A DNA stretch of 32,000 nucleotides from an uncultured Clostridia bacterium (GTDB lineage: Bacteria > Bacillota > Clostridia > TANB77 > CAG-508). The notes under the pieces were generated by a model. The model worked only from the letters and a program-made list of their open reading frames with translations. It had not been told where the DNA came from and made no database searches. The first letter of the stretch is position 1. Each line of letters opens with the position of its first letter. The stretch covers positions 25,055-57,054 of the forward strand of contig CALYAK010000008.1 in the NCBI GenBank assembly GCA_944393505.1. Direction: 5' to 3'. Below are positions 11,232 through 18,970 of this stretch, piece by piece. The position numbers were made by a program, and so were the translations under genes.

Positions 11232-11622
11232 CTCTTATATGTATTTTTACGGAACCAATACCCAGATGCATGAATATGTGACCTATCTCGTTGCACTCAT
11301 TGCCTTTTATTCTATTGGAACGGCGATTTATGGGATGGTTAAATACAAAAGAAATACAGATCCATTGATCAAAGGAATTAAAATAACCAATTTTGCAAAT
11401 GCCTTAACTTCAATGGTATTGACACAAGTGGTTCTGTTAGATACCTTTTCGCAAAACTATGATTCTCATATCAATGGATGTACAGGACTAGGTGTTAGTT
11501 TGATTATCCTGTTATTAGGATTGTACATGATCTTAGGAATAAAAAAGACAATGAAATTAGAAGAAAAAGATCATCGGACTTGTTTGAAATCGAACAGGGC
11601 CGATTTTTTTATTTTGTCTTGA
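11152..11622 (+). CDS. multi-pass membrane protein of unknown function
   Basis: About 4 hydrophobic helices. The 0-frame tail after an in-phase CGG (11575) runs through a hairpin and T-run, so the true C-terminus is uncertain. Confidence 0.5.
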   Translation: MRKEEYMIYCQNGVLLILLGMMYLLVSSYMYFYGTNTQMHEYVTYLVALIAFYSIGTAIYGMVKYKRNTDPLIKGIKITNFANALTSMVLTQVVLLDTFSQNYDSHINGCTGLGVSLIILLLGLYMILGIKKTMKLEEKDHRTCLKSNRADFFILS

Positions 11623-11717
11623 CTTTTGTGAGAGAAGCGGATATATCATAAAAATAGAGAAAAAATTGTAACAAAAAAACAACAAAAGGGACTAATTAAG
11701 TAAAAGGAGGAAAGGTT

Positions 11718-12205
11718 ATGCAGAATATGGATGAAATTTATCGAAAATATAGTGAATTTTTATACAAATATGTATTCTGCCTAACAGGAAATGAAGATAT
11801 AACAGAAGAGATTGTCCAGGAAACTTTTTTAGTAGCGGTAAAAAACAGCCATCGCTTTCGAGGAGAATGTAAGATATCTACGTGGTTATGCCAGATTAGT
11901 AAATATATTTGGTATAAGCGATTAAGGAAAGAAAAGCAAAAAAAGAAATACCAATACAAGAATTAGAAAATTTACAATCAATTGAACAATCTATCGAAGA
12001 AAATTTTTGTAATCAAGAAAAAAAGATAGCGCTATTTAAAAAATTACAAAATCTAGATGAAGATACCAGAACAGTTATGTATTTGAGGATATTAGGTAAT
12101 TTTGAATATAAGGAAATAGCAGAAATTATGAATCAAACACCCAACTGGGCAAGAGTTGTATTTTTTCGTGGAAAGCAAAAGTTAAAGGAGGAATTGGATC
12201 AATGA
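11718..12205 (+). CDS. ECF-type RNA polymerase sigma-70 factor, interrupted (needs a -1 frame change in the A7 tract at 11938-11944)
   Basis: Region 2 (EIVQETFLVAV...STWLCQISKYIWYKRLRKEK) is in frame 0 and stops at 11966. Region 4 (RTVMYLRILGNFEYKEIAEIMNQTPNWARVVFFRGKQKLKE) is in the -1 frame and ends at TGA 12203-12205. It overlaps the anti-sigma gene by ATGA. Confidence 0.8.
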
Positions 12206-12852
12206 AAAATGAGTGTGCCATTGTGAGAGATTTATTATTTAGTTATAGTGATGGTGTTTTAAGTATGACATCGAAAAAATTGGTAGAAGAACATCTAACA
12301 ACATGTGAATCTTGTAGAAAGATCTTAGAGGAAATTAAACAAGATGAAGAAAAGAAGAGTCAAATAAAAGAAATTGATTATTTAAAATTTGTGAAAAAGA
12401 AAATGAATAAGAAAAATGTAGCACTTTTTATAAGTATTCTTATTTTATTATTATTAATTTTATTTCATATTCTGGTATATAATCGATATAATGAAATTGC
12501 TTCTACGATGGATATTTATTTGCAGGATGATATAACAAAAGAAGAATATGAAGCGATAAAAAACAAAATATTGGAACAAAATAATTCAATTGAAATGAAA
12601 TATGTTTCAAAAGAAAGTTCATTAGAAAAATTGAAAGAAAATTTAGGAGAGAGAGCAAATCTATTAGATGGCTATCAAGAGCAAAATAATCCGCTTTATG
12701 CATTCATTGAAATAAAAGCTGATACGAGTACAGAGATCCAAGCAATTGCAGAAGCGATACAGAGCATGCCTGGAGTTGTTTCAATCAGAACCTACCAAAA
12801 TTATAACCCATATGGATTATTCTTATTTGGGATTACGGATCATATAAAGTGA
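12202..12852 (+). CDS. anti-sigma factor: zf-HC2 domain, one TM, FtsX-ECD-like extracellular domain
   Basis: N-terminal EEHLTTCESC (H-x3-C-x2-C), then a TM segment (ALFISILILLLLILFHILVY). The C-terminal region (IYLQDDITKEEYEAIKNKI...YVSKESSLEKLKENLGE...NPLYAFIEIK...MPGVVSI) follows the FtsX extracellular-domain pattern. It is translationally coupled to the sigma gene. Confidence 0.8.
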   Translation: MKNECAIVRDLLFSYSDGVLSMTSKKLVEEHLTTCESCRKILEEIKQDEEKKSQIKEIDYLKFVKKKMNKKNVALFISILILLLLILFHILVYNRYNEIASTMDIYLQDDITKEEYEAIKNKILEQNNSIEMKYVSKESSLEKLKENLGERANLLDGYQEQNNPLYAFIEIKADTSTEIQAIAEAIQSMPGVVSIRTYQNYNPYGLFLFGITDHIK

Positions 12853-12867
12853 AAAATTAGGAAAAGT

Positions 12868-12916
12868 AAACAAGATGGAAATAAAAGAATTATTTCGAAA
12901 TCTTGTTTATTTTTTT
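12868..12916 (+). terminator. rho-independent terminator
   Basis: aaacaagat (12868-12876) pairs with atcttgttt (12900-12908), followed by T7. Confidence 0.7.
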
Positions 12917-13017
12917 GAAATCTATAGAGTATCACATCCTTTTAAGATATAATGGAACCAAAATAAGACGGAATTTTAATGATTGAACGGGACTCAATAA
13001 GGAGGAATGAAATAAAA

Positions 13018-13410
13018 ATGAGGAAAGAAATAAAAATCGTGATATTTCTATTGCTTATAATATTAGCAATAGGGGTTGGTTATTTCATTGGCTATAAAAG
13101 TGCTTATGATAGAATAGAAAACGCAACACCAAATATAACGCCAGAAACCTTTTATGCAGAAATAAAAGAAATGAAAGAAAATTGGTTCCTAGTGGAAGGA
13201 TTGTCAATAAATGATATCAACTATCGAGGAAAATTTGAGTTTTCTATTGATGGAGAAACAGAGTTAGAATGGAGAGGAACCGCTATTGAAGTATCGGATT
13301 TTGATATAGGAGATACGATTTCCATTACCTATTTTGGAAATTACTTAGAATCGTCTCCGGCTCAGATTACAGGAATTATCAGAATTCAATTGTTAGATGA
13401 TGAAATCTAG
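13018..13410 (+). CDS. membrane-anchored small protein, DUF3221 (YobA)-like
   Basis: N-terminal TM/signal anchor. The C-terminal ...GDTISITYFGNYLESSPAQI resembles the DUF3221 ESYPxQ motif. The ATG at 13018 follows AAGGAGG. Confidence 0.5.
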   Translation: MRKEIKIVIFLLLIILAIGVGYFIGYKSAYDRIENATPNITPETFYAEIKEMKENWFLVEGLSINDINYRGKFEFSIDGETELEWRGTAIEVSDFDIGDTISITYFGNYLESSPAQITGIIRIQLLDDEI

Positions 13411-13441
13411 AGGAATCGAAAAATGGAATAAGGAGGAAAAA

Positions 13442-13933
13442 ATGAAAGCAATTATCATTGGATGCCCAGGAGCGGGAAAGAGTACTTTTGCACGAAAATT
13501 GCAAGAAAAAACCAATCTTCCGTTATATTATTTAGATATGTTATGGCATAAACCAGATCGAACGAAACGAAAAAGAGAAGAATTTGATGAAATATTAAGA
13601 GAACTCATGAAAAAAGAAGAATGGATTATGGATGGTAATTACCAACGAACTTTAGAAATGCGTTTAAAAGAGTGTGATACCGTAATCCTATTAGATTATC
13701 CGGTAGAGGTTTGCCTTTCGGGAGTAAATTCACGCATTGGTAAGAAGAGAATAGACATGCCATGGGTGGAAGAACAATTTGATGAAGACTTTAAACAAGA
13801 GATTATTCATTTTTCGGAAGAAAAATTACCAGAAATCTATCAATTACTAGAGAAATACAAGGAGAATCGAAATATTATTATCTTCCATTCAAGAGAAGAA
13901 GCGGAAGAGTATTTAGAAAAAATATCAATTTGA
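13442..13933 (+). CDS. P-loop NTPase, adenylate-kinase-like (topology modulation protein family)
   Basis: MKAIIIGCPGAGKSTFARKL Walker A at the N-terminus. The ATG at 13442 follows AAGGAGG. Confidence 0.7.
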   Translation: MKAIIIGCPGAGKSTFARKLQEKTNLPLYYLDMLWHKPDRTKRKREEFDEILRELMKKEEWIMDGNYQRTLEMRLKECDTVILLDYPVEVCLSGVNSRIGKKRIDMPWVEEQFDEDFKQEIIHFSEEKLPEIYQLLEKYKENRNIIIFHSREEAEEYLEKISI

Positions 13934-13969
13934 AGTTCTTGAAAACTTAAGTGAGGAGAAGAAAAGATT

Positions 13970-14230
13970 ATGATGGAAATACCGGACGATTTATGCAAAG
14001 AAATTTTTGTGTTTGCAAAAAAGACGATGAATGTATTAAAAGAGGTATATGCTGCAGAAAGTGTATATCTATGTACAATGTGTGATGGACCAATGAATCA
14101 TTTCCATATTCAATTGATTCCTCGTTATTCTTTTGAAAAAAGAGGATCCAGGAATTTTGTCAAGGAAAGAAAAGAATACAAGGAAGATCCAGAAAAACTG
14201 TTAAAAATCAGAGAATTATTACGAGCCTAA
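13970..14230 (+). CDS. HIT-family protein fragment (N-terminally truncated)
   Basis: Contains the histidine-triad region NHFHIQLIPR. It is only 86 aa and lacks the N-terminal nucleotide-binding half. Confidence 0.45.
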   Translation: MMEIPDDLCKEIFVFAKKTMNVLKEVYAAESVYLCTMCDGPMNHFHIQLIPRYSFEKRGSRNFVKERKEYKEDPEKLLKIRELLRA

Positions 14231-14244
14231 ATCGAAGGAAACCG

Positions 14245-14275
14245 AAACGAAACTAAAAGTTTATGAAACGAAACT
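14245..14275 (+). repeat. direct repeat GAAACGAAACT x2 (20-bp phase) upstream of a regulator gene
   Basis: Identical 11-mers at 14245-14255 and 14265-14275. They are flanked by the inverted aaccga/tcggtt. Confidence 0.5.
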
Positions 14276-14340
14276 GACTGTCGGTTGAGTTTGCAAAGAG
14301 ACAATTGTAGAATGGAATTAATCAAAAAGGAGGGATTTAT

Positions 14341-14739
14341 ATGGCAAATAAAAGTATGGGAGAACTCATTACTTTTTTAAGAAAAGAAAAAGGAATGACA
14401 CAAAATGATTTGGCACAAAAAATGAACGTAACAGATAAGGCGGTGTCAAAATGGGAAAGAGACTTATCTCGTCCAGATATTAATTCTATTCCAAAATTAG
14501 CAGAAATTTTAGGAATCAGCGTAGAAGAATTAGTAAATGCTCAAACGAAAGAGGAAAACAAAAAACTTGACGAAATTGTGAATGTCGCATTGATTGGAAT
14601 TGGATTAGCGATGGGGATTTGTACAATTGTTACATCGCTATTAGGACAGATTGATGGGAAGAGTGGTATTGCTATGCTAGGAATTGGAATGAGTAGTTTA
14701 GCTCTATATTTACTAAAAAATAAAGAGAAGGAACAATAA
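14341..14739 (+). CDS. XRE-family HTH regulator with C-terminal transmembrane segments
   Basis: HTH_3 (LRKEKGMTQNDLAQKMNVTDKAVSKWE) followed by two hydrophobic helices. Confidence 0.8.
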   Translation: MANKSMGELITFLRKEKGMTQNDLAQKMNVTDKAVSKWERDLSRPDINSIPKLAEILGISVEELVNAQTKEENKKLDEIVNVALIGIGLAMGICTIVTSLLGQIDGKSGIAMLGIGMSSLALYLLKNKEKEQ

Positions 14740-14764
14740 ATAATTAGATGGGTAGGAGAAAAGA

Positions 14765-15448
14765 ATGGGAAAATTAATTTGTATTGGTGGCGGAGAAGTA
14801 CCTAGGATCAAAAATGGAATTCAGCTACCTTATGAAACGAAAGAAATTGATCAAGAAATTGTTCGAATAGCCAATCAAAAGAATCCAAAATTATTATTTA
14901 TTGGAACTGCTTCGTATGATAGTAAGGAATATTTCCAAGCAATTCAGGAAATCTTTGAAAACTTGGGTTGTAGTGTTTCAAGTTTGGATTTAGTAGATCA
15001 TGAAATTACTCAATGTGAAATTCGAGAAAAAATACTGAATACCGATATTATTTATATAGGTGGAGGGAAAACAAGATTCATGTTAGAGACATGGAAAAAG
15101 TTTGGCGTAGATCAATTACTATTAGAAGCCTATGAAAAAGGAATTGTATGCTCTGGATTAAGTGCAGGAAGCTATTGTTGGTTTCAATGGAATTATGATT
15201 TAATCGAAGGACTAGGAATCATCCACGGAATAAATTGTGTTCATTATGAACAAAAAGAGCAAAAAGCCAAAGACCAGTTTTTCCAGGTTATTCAAGAAAA
15301 AGGATTACCAGGATATGCATTGGAAAATTGTACAGCTTTAGAGATTATCGATGGAAAAGAAAAAATCATCAAAAGTAATCCAAACAAAAATGCTTATAAA
15401 ATTATCTATGAAGATGGTCAATTTCGACAAATTGGATATGAAAACTGA
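14765..15448 (+). CDS. peptidase S51 (dipeptidase E-like, class I glutamine amidotransferase-like fold)
   Basis: LFIGTAS...IIYIGGGKT...CSGLSAGS, the nucleophile-Ser context typical of S51. Confidence 0.7.
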   Translation: MGKLICIGGGEVPRIKNGIQLPYETKEIDQEIVRIANQKNPKLLFIGTASYDSKEYFQAIQEIFENLGCSVSSLDLVDHEITQCEIREKILNTDIIYIGGGKTRFMLETWKKFGVDQLLLEAYEKGIVCSGLSAGSYCWFQWNYDLIEGLGIIHGINCVHYEQKEQKAKDQFFQVIQEKGLPGYALENCTALEIIDGKEKIIKSNPNKNAYKIIYEDGQFRQIGYEN

Positions 15449-15537
15449 ATTATAATTGAAAACGCATATTTATTTTGGTAGAGTTATTCAGAAGAAAGTA
15501 AGAAAACAAGAAAATTTGAAATATAGGGGAATTTTAC

Positions 15538-16209
15538 ATGAAAACAATCTTAGTGGTAGAAGATAATATGGATATTCATAACTTAATCAAAGAAGTATTG
15601 GAAAAAGAACCTTATACCGTTTTAGATGCTTATTCTGGTACAGAAGCATTAATGTTAATCGAAAAAGAGAAGATTGATTTAATTCTATTAGATTTAATGT
15701 TACCAGGATTAAAGGGAGAAGAAATTGTAAAAAGGGTAAAAGAAATTCCCATTCTTGTATTAAGTGCAAAAACATCCATAGAAGATAAAGTAAATGTTTT
15801 GTTAGATGGTGCAAATGACTATCTTACCAAACCATTTCATACAGAGGAACTTTTAGCAAGAATCAAAGTTCAACTAAGAATGGATAAAGAAAAGAGAAAA
15901 AAGAAAGATTTAACATACAAAGAGATGGTTCTTAAGGAAAAAGAGCATCAAATTTATCTTCGAGGTCAAACCATCCATTTTACCAAAACAGAATATGCTA
16001 TTATGAAACAGTTGCTATTAGCGCCAAAACAAGTGGTAACAAAAAATCAATTATTGGATCTGATCAGCGAGGATACACTAGATTGTGACGAAAATTCGTT
16101 AAAAGTTCATATTAGTAACATTCGAAAGAAAATAAAAAAAGTGACAGAAGAAGAATATATTGAATCTGTATGGGGAATTGGCTTCAAGCTATATGACGAA
16201 GAATCTTAA
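15538..16209 (+). CDS. OmpR-family response regulator
   Basis: Receiver domain (DLILLDLMLPG, KP motif) plus a winged-helix trans_reg_C domain (VWGIGFKL). Confidence 0.9.
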   Translation: MKTILVVEDNMDIHNLIKEVLEKEPYTVLDAYSGTEALMLIEKEKIDLILLDLMLPGLKGEEIVKRVKEIPILVLSAKTSIEDKVNVLLDGANDYLTKPFHTEELLARIKVQLRMDKEKRKKKDLTYKEMVLKEKEHQIYLRGQTIHFTKTEYAIMKQLLLAPKQVVTKNQLLDLISEDTLDCDENSLKVHISNIRKKIKKVTEEEYIESVWGIGFKLYDEES

Positions 16210-16260
16210 CGATTTTTTAACCATTCCTTAACTACTTTCTTAACCAATGGATGCTAAAAT
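16206..16260 (+). promoter_or_regulatory. phased TTAAC direct repeats plus extended -10, putative response-regulator-dependent promoter of the ABC operon
   Basis: TTAAC at 16206, 16217, 16228 and 16240 (11/11/12-bp phase). TGcTAAAAT at 16252-16260, with no good -35. Confidence 0.5.
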
Positions 16261-16282
16261 TCTAACTAGAAAGGAGAAGGTT

Positions 16283-17197
16283 ATGGAATCAATTTTAGAA
16301 ACAAATCAGTTAGAAAAAAAATATGGACGTTTTCAAGCAATCCATGATTTAACAATGCATATACCAAAAGGTGCAATTTATGGTTTAATCGGGAAAAACG
16401 GAGCAGGAAAGACAACTTTAATTCGAATCCTTTGTGGGTTACAAAAACCAACGGCAGGTACGTATCAGATTTATGGGATTTCGAATCAAAATCCGAAGAT
16501 GATCGAAGTAAGAAAAAGAATCGGAGCAATCATCGAATCGCCATCACTTTGTTTGGATATGACGGCAGAAGATAATTTAAAAGAACAATACAAAATTATT
16601 GGACTTCCCAACTATGAGCACTTAGACGAAATTTTAAAACTGGTACGATTAGAAGATACCGGCAAGAAAACAGCAAAACATTTTTCATTTGGAATGAAAC
16701 AGAGATTGGGATTAGCAATTGCCTTAGTAGGAACCCCAGATATCCTGATCTTAGACGAACCAATCAATGGATTAGATCCAGAAGGAATCATTGAAATGAG
16801 AGAACTCATTTTAAAATTAAATCAAGAAAAGGGAATCACATTTTTAATTTCGAGCCATTATTTGGACGAGTTATCAAAAGTCGCAACTTGTTATGGATTT
16901 ATGAATCAGCATCGAATTGTAAAAGAAATCACCAAAGAAGAATTAGAACAAGATTTCCGCAAAAGAACCGAGATCGAGGTAAGCAATTTAAAAGAATGCG
17001 TGAAATATTTGGAAGAAATGCATTTTTCGTATAAAGTGATCTCAGATGAAAAAGTTGATCTATATGAAGAAGTCAATGTTTCTGATCTTGTCTTAGCACT
17101 TTCAAAAAGAAATTGTAAGGTAAATCATTTTCAAGAAAAAGGAGAATCTTTAGAAAATTATTACCTAAACTTGATGGGAGGTGCAGACAATGAATAA
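16283..17197 (+). CDS. ABC transporter ATP-binding protein (antimicrobial-peptide/bacitracin-lantibiotic immunity type)
   Basis: Walker A GKNGAGKTT, signature-like FSFGMKQR, Walker B ILILDEP. The ATG at 16283 follows AAGGAG. Confidence 0.85.
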   Translation: MESILETNQLEKKYGRFQAIHDLTMHIPKGAIYGLIGKNGAGKTTLIRILCGLQKPTAGTYQIYGISNQNPKMIEVRKRIGAIIESPSLCLDMTAEDNLKEQYKIIGLPNYEHLDEILKLVRLEDTGKKTAKHFSFGMKQRLGLAIALVGTPDILILDEPINGLDPEGIIEMRELILKLNQEKGITFLISSHYLDELSKVATCYGFMNQHRIVKEITKEELEQDFRKRTEIEVSNLKECVKYLEEMHFSYKVISDEKVDLYEEVNVSDLVLALSKRNCKVNHFQEKGESLENYYLNLMGGADNE

Positions 17198-18008
17198 ATT
17201 ATTAAAAGCAGGATTTTTTCGATTAAGGAAAGATATTATCTTTTGGTTGTTTCTATTTTTAAGTGTTGGTATGGCAGGCTTTACGCTATTTCGTGCTTCT
17301 ACTTCTTCAACGGAAGTCGTACTTGATAACTTGGTAAAGGAATATATTACCTATATTGGACTTTTTATTGCCATATTTGTAAGTATCTTTGTAGGAAAAG
17401 AATATTCAGAAGGAATCGTTCGCAATAAAGTGGTAGTAGGACATCGTCGAATTTTCATCTATTTAGCCAATTTGGTCATAACAAGTACTGTATCGGTACT
17501 ATGTGTATTTCTTTATATGGCAATTATTTTGGCAATTGGTATACCGTTATTTGGACCAATGCAAATGACAATGGGACAATTTTTAATCGGTATCGGAAAT
17601 ATGCTATTAATCATCATTGCTTTTTGTTCGATCGATCATTGGATCACGATGCTATGCTCGGAAATTACTGTTTCCACAACAATTTGTACACTTTTGTTTA
17701 TAGCAATGTTCATAGCAGCAGGGGCTTTAGGAGTAACTGCGAACAGCTCTCCCTATGTACATCATACCTATATCGATGAAAATGGGAATAGGCATATCAT
17801 TAGCCAAGAACCAAGTCCCAATTATCCTGGAGATCAAGTAGTAAAAACCGCTCGCATCGTGTATTTGTTCTTACCACAAGGACAGGCGCAAGAGCTATGG
17901 GATAACGATTCTGAATATATGAATCAAATGTTCCTTTATTCGTTCGTTCTGATCGCAGTGGTTAATCTTAGTGGAATCTATTTCTTTTCGAAAAAAGAAT
18001 TAAAGTAG
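17190..18008 (+). CDS. ABC-2 type permease
   Basis: About 6 hydrophobic helices. It overlaps the ATPase stop by 8 nt. RBS GGGAGG upstream. Confidence 0.75.
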   Translation: MNKLLKAGFFRLRKDIIFWLFLFLSVGMAGFTLFRASTSSTEVVLDNLVKEYITYIGLFIAIFVSIFVGKEYSEGIVRNKVVVGHRRIFIYLANLVITSTVSVLCVFLYMAIILAIGIPLFGPMQMTMGQFLIGIGNMLLIIIAFCSIDHWITMLCSEITVSTTICTLLFIAMFIAAGALGVTANSSPYVHHTYIDENGNRHIISQEPSPNYPGDQVVKTARIVYLFLPQGQAQELWDNDSEYMNQMFLYSFVLIAVVNLSGIYFFSKKELK

Positions 18009-18017
18009 GAGGAAAAT

Positions 18018-18902
18018 GTGAATATAGGCTTCATTATCCTAATCGTTATCTTATGCGTTCTTTGGATTGGATTATTAGTAAAACTGTTTTTTTTCAAAAA
18101 AGCACTCCGAGAAATTGAAAAATCATTTCAATTCATATTAGAATCCGATACCAATCATTTGATCACTACTGCTTCGACCGATCAAACCGTGAGAAATTTC
18201 GTGGCGAAATTAAACGAAGAATTGATTGAATTAAGAAGACAAAAATTAGAATATCAAAATGGAAATCAAGAATTAAAAAAAGTGATTACGAATATATCGC
18301 ATGATTTAAGAACGCCACTAACGGCAATAACAGGATATCTTGATTTTATGCAACAAGAACCATTAACGAAAAATCAAACAAGATACTTAGAAATTATCCA
18401 ACAAAAATCAGAAGAATTAACCGAACTTACCGGACAATTATTTGATTTTTCCAAGACTATGGATCTGAGTGGAAAAATGGAAAAAGAACGATGTTGTATC
18501 AATACCATTTTAGAAGAAACGCTGTTAAGCTACTATACGATTTTGAAAGAAAAGAAGATCGTTCCAGAAGTTAGAATTTGCGAGAAAAAAATCGAGAAAG
18601 ATGTTCATAAAAATTCTGTGGTTCGCATTTTTGAAAATATACTATCTAATTTGGTAAAGTACAGTGAGAAAACATTTCGCGTAGAACTACAAGAAAATGG
18701 TTTGCTTACTTTTTCAAATCGAGCAAGTTCTTTAGATGAAACAACGGTACAAAAAATCTTCGACCGATATTTTTCTGTTGAAAATGCAAAAGAATCTACC
18801 GGAATTGGATTATCCATTGCAAAACAATTGGTAGAATTAAATGGGGGAACCATAATGGCTCAATATCAAAAAGGTTATTTAACGATTCAAATCAAATGGT
18901 AA
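18018..18902 (+). CDS. intramembrane-sensing histidine kinase
   Basis: Single N-terminal TM with no extracellular domain. H-box ISHDLRTPLTAITGY and G-box GIGLSIAKQLVELNGG. GTG start after AGGAGG. Confidence 0.85.
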   Translation: MNIGFIILIVILCVLWIGLLVKLFFFKKALREIEKSFQFILESDTNHLITTASTDQTVRNFVAKLNEELIELRRQKLEYQNGNQELKKVITNISHDLRTPLTAITGYLDFMQQEPLTKNQTRYLEIIQQKSEELTELTGQLFDFSKTMDLSGKMEKERCCINTILEETLLSYYTILKEKKIVPEVRICEKKIEKDVHKNSVVRIFENILSNLVKYSEKTFRVELQENGLLTFSNRASSLDETTVQKIFDRYFSVENAKESTGIGLSIAKQLVELNGGTIMAQYQKGYLTIQIKW

Positions 18903-18914
18903 ATATGGGTATAT

Positions 18915-18944
18915 TTGATCAAAAATAGAAAAGTATGATATAAT
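18915..18944 (+). promoter_or_regulatory. sigma-A promoter with extended -10
   Basis: TTGATC (18915-18920), 18-nt spacer, TGaTATAAT (18936-18944). Confidence 0.55.
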
Positions 18945-18970
18945 AGAAACAGAAAAAAAGAGGAGGGCCT

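Noticed and set aside
17501-17779. Alternative-frame plus-strand ORF inside the ABC-2 permease gene
   Set aside because: It is fully embedded in the permease frame, which has convincing TM helices. It has no RBS and its translation has no recognisable features.
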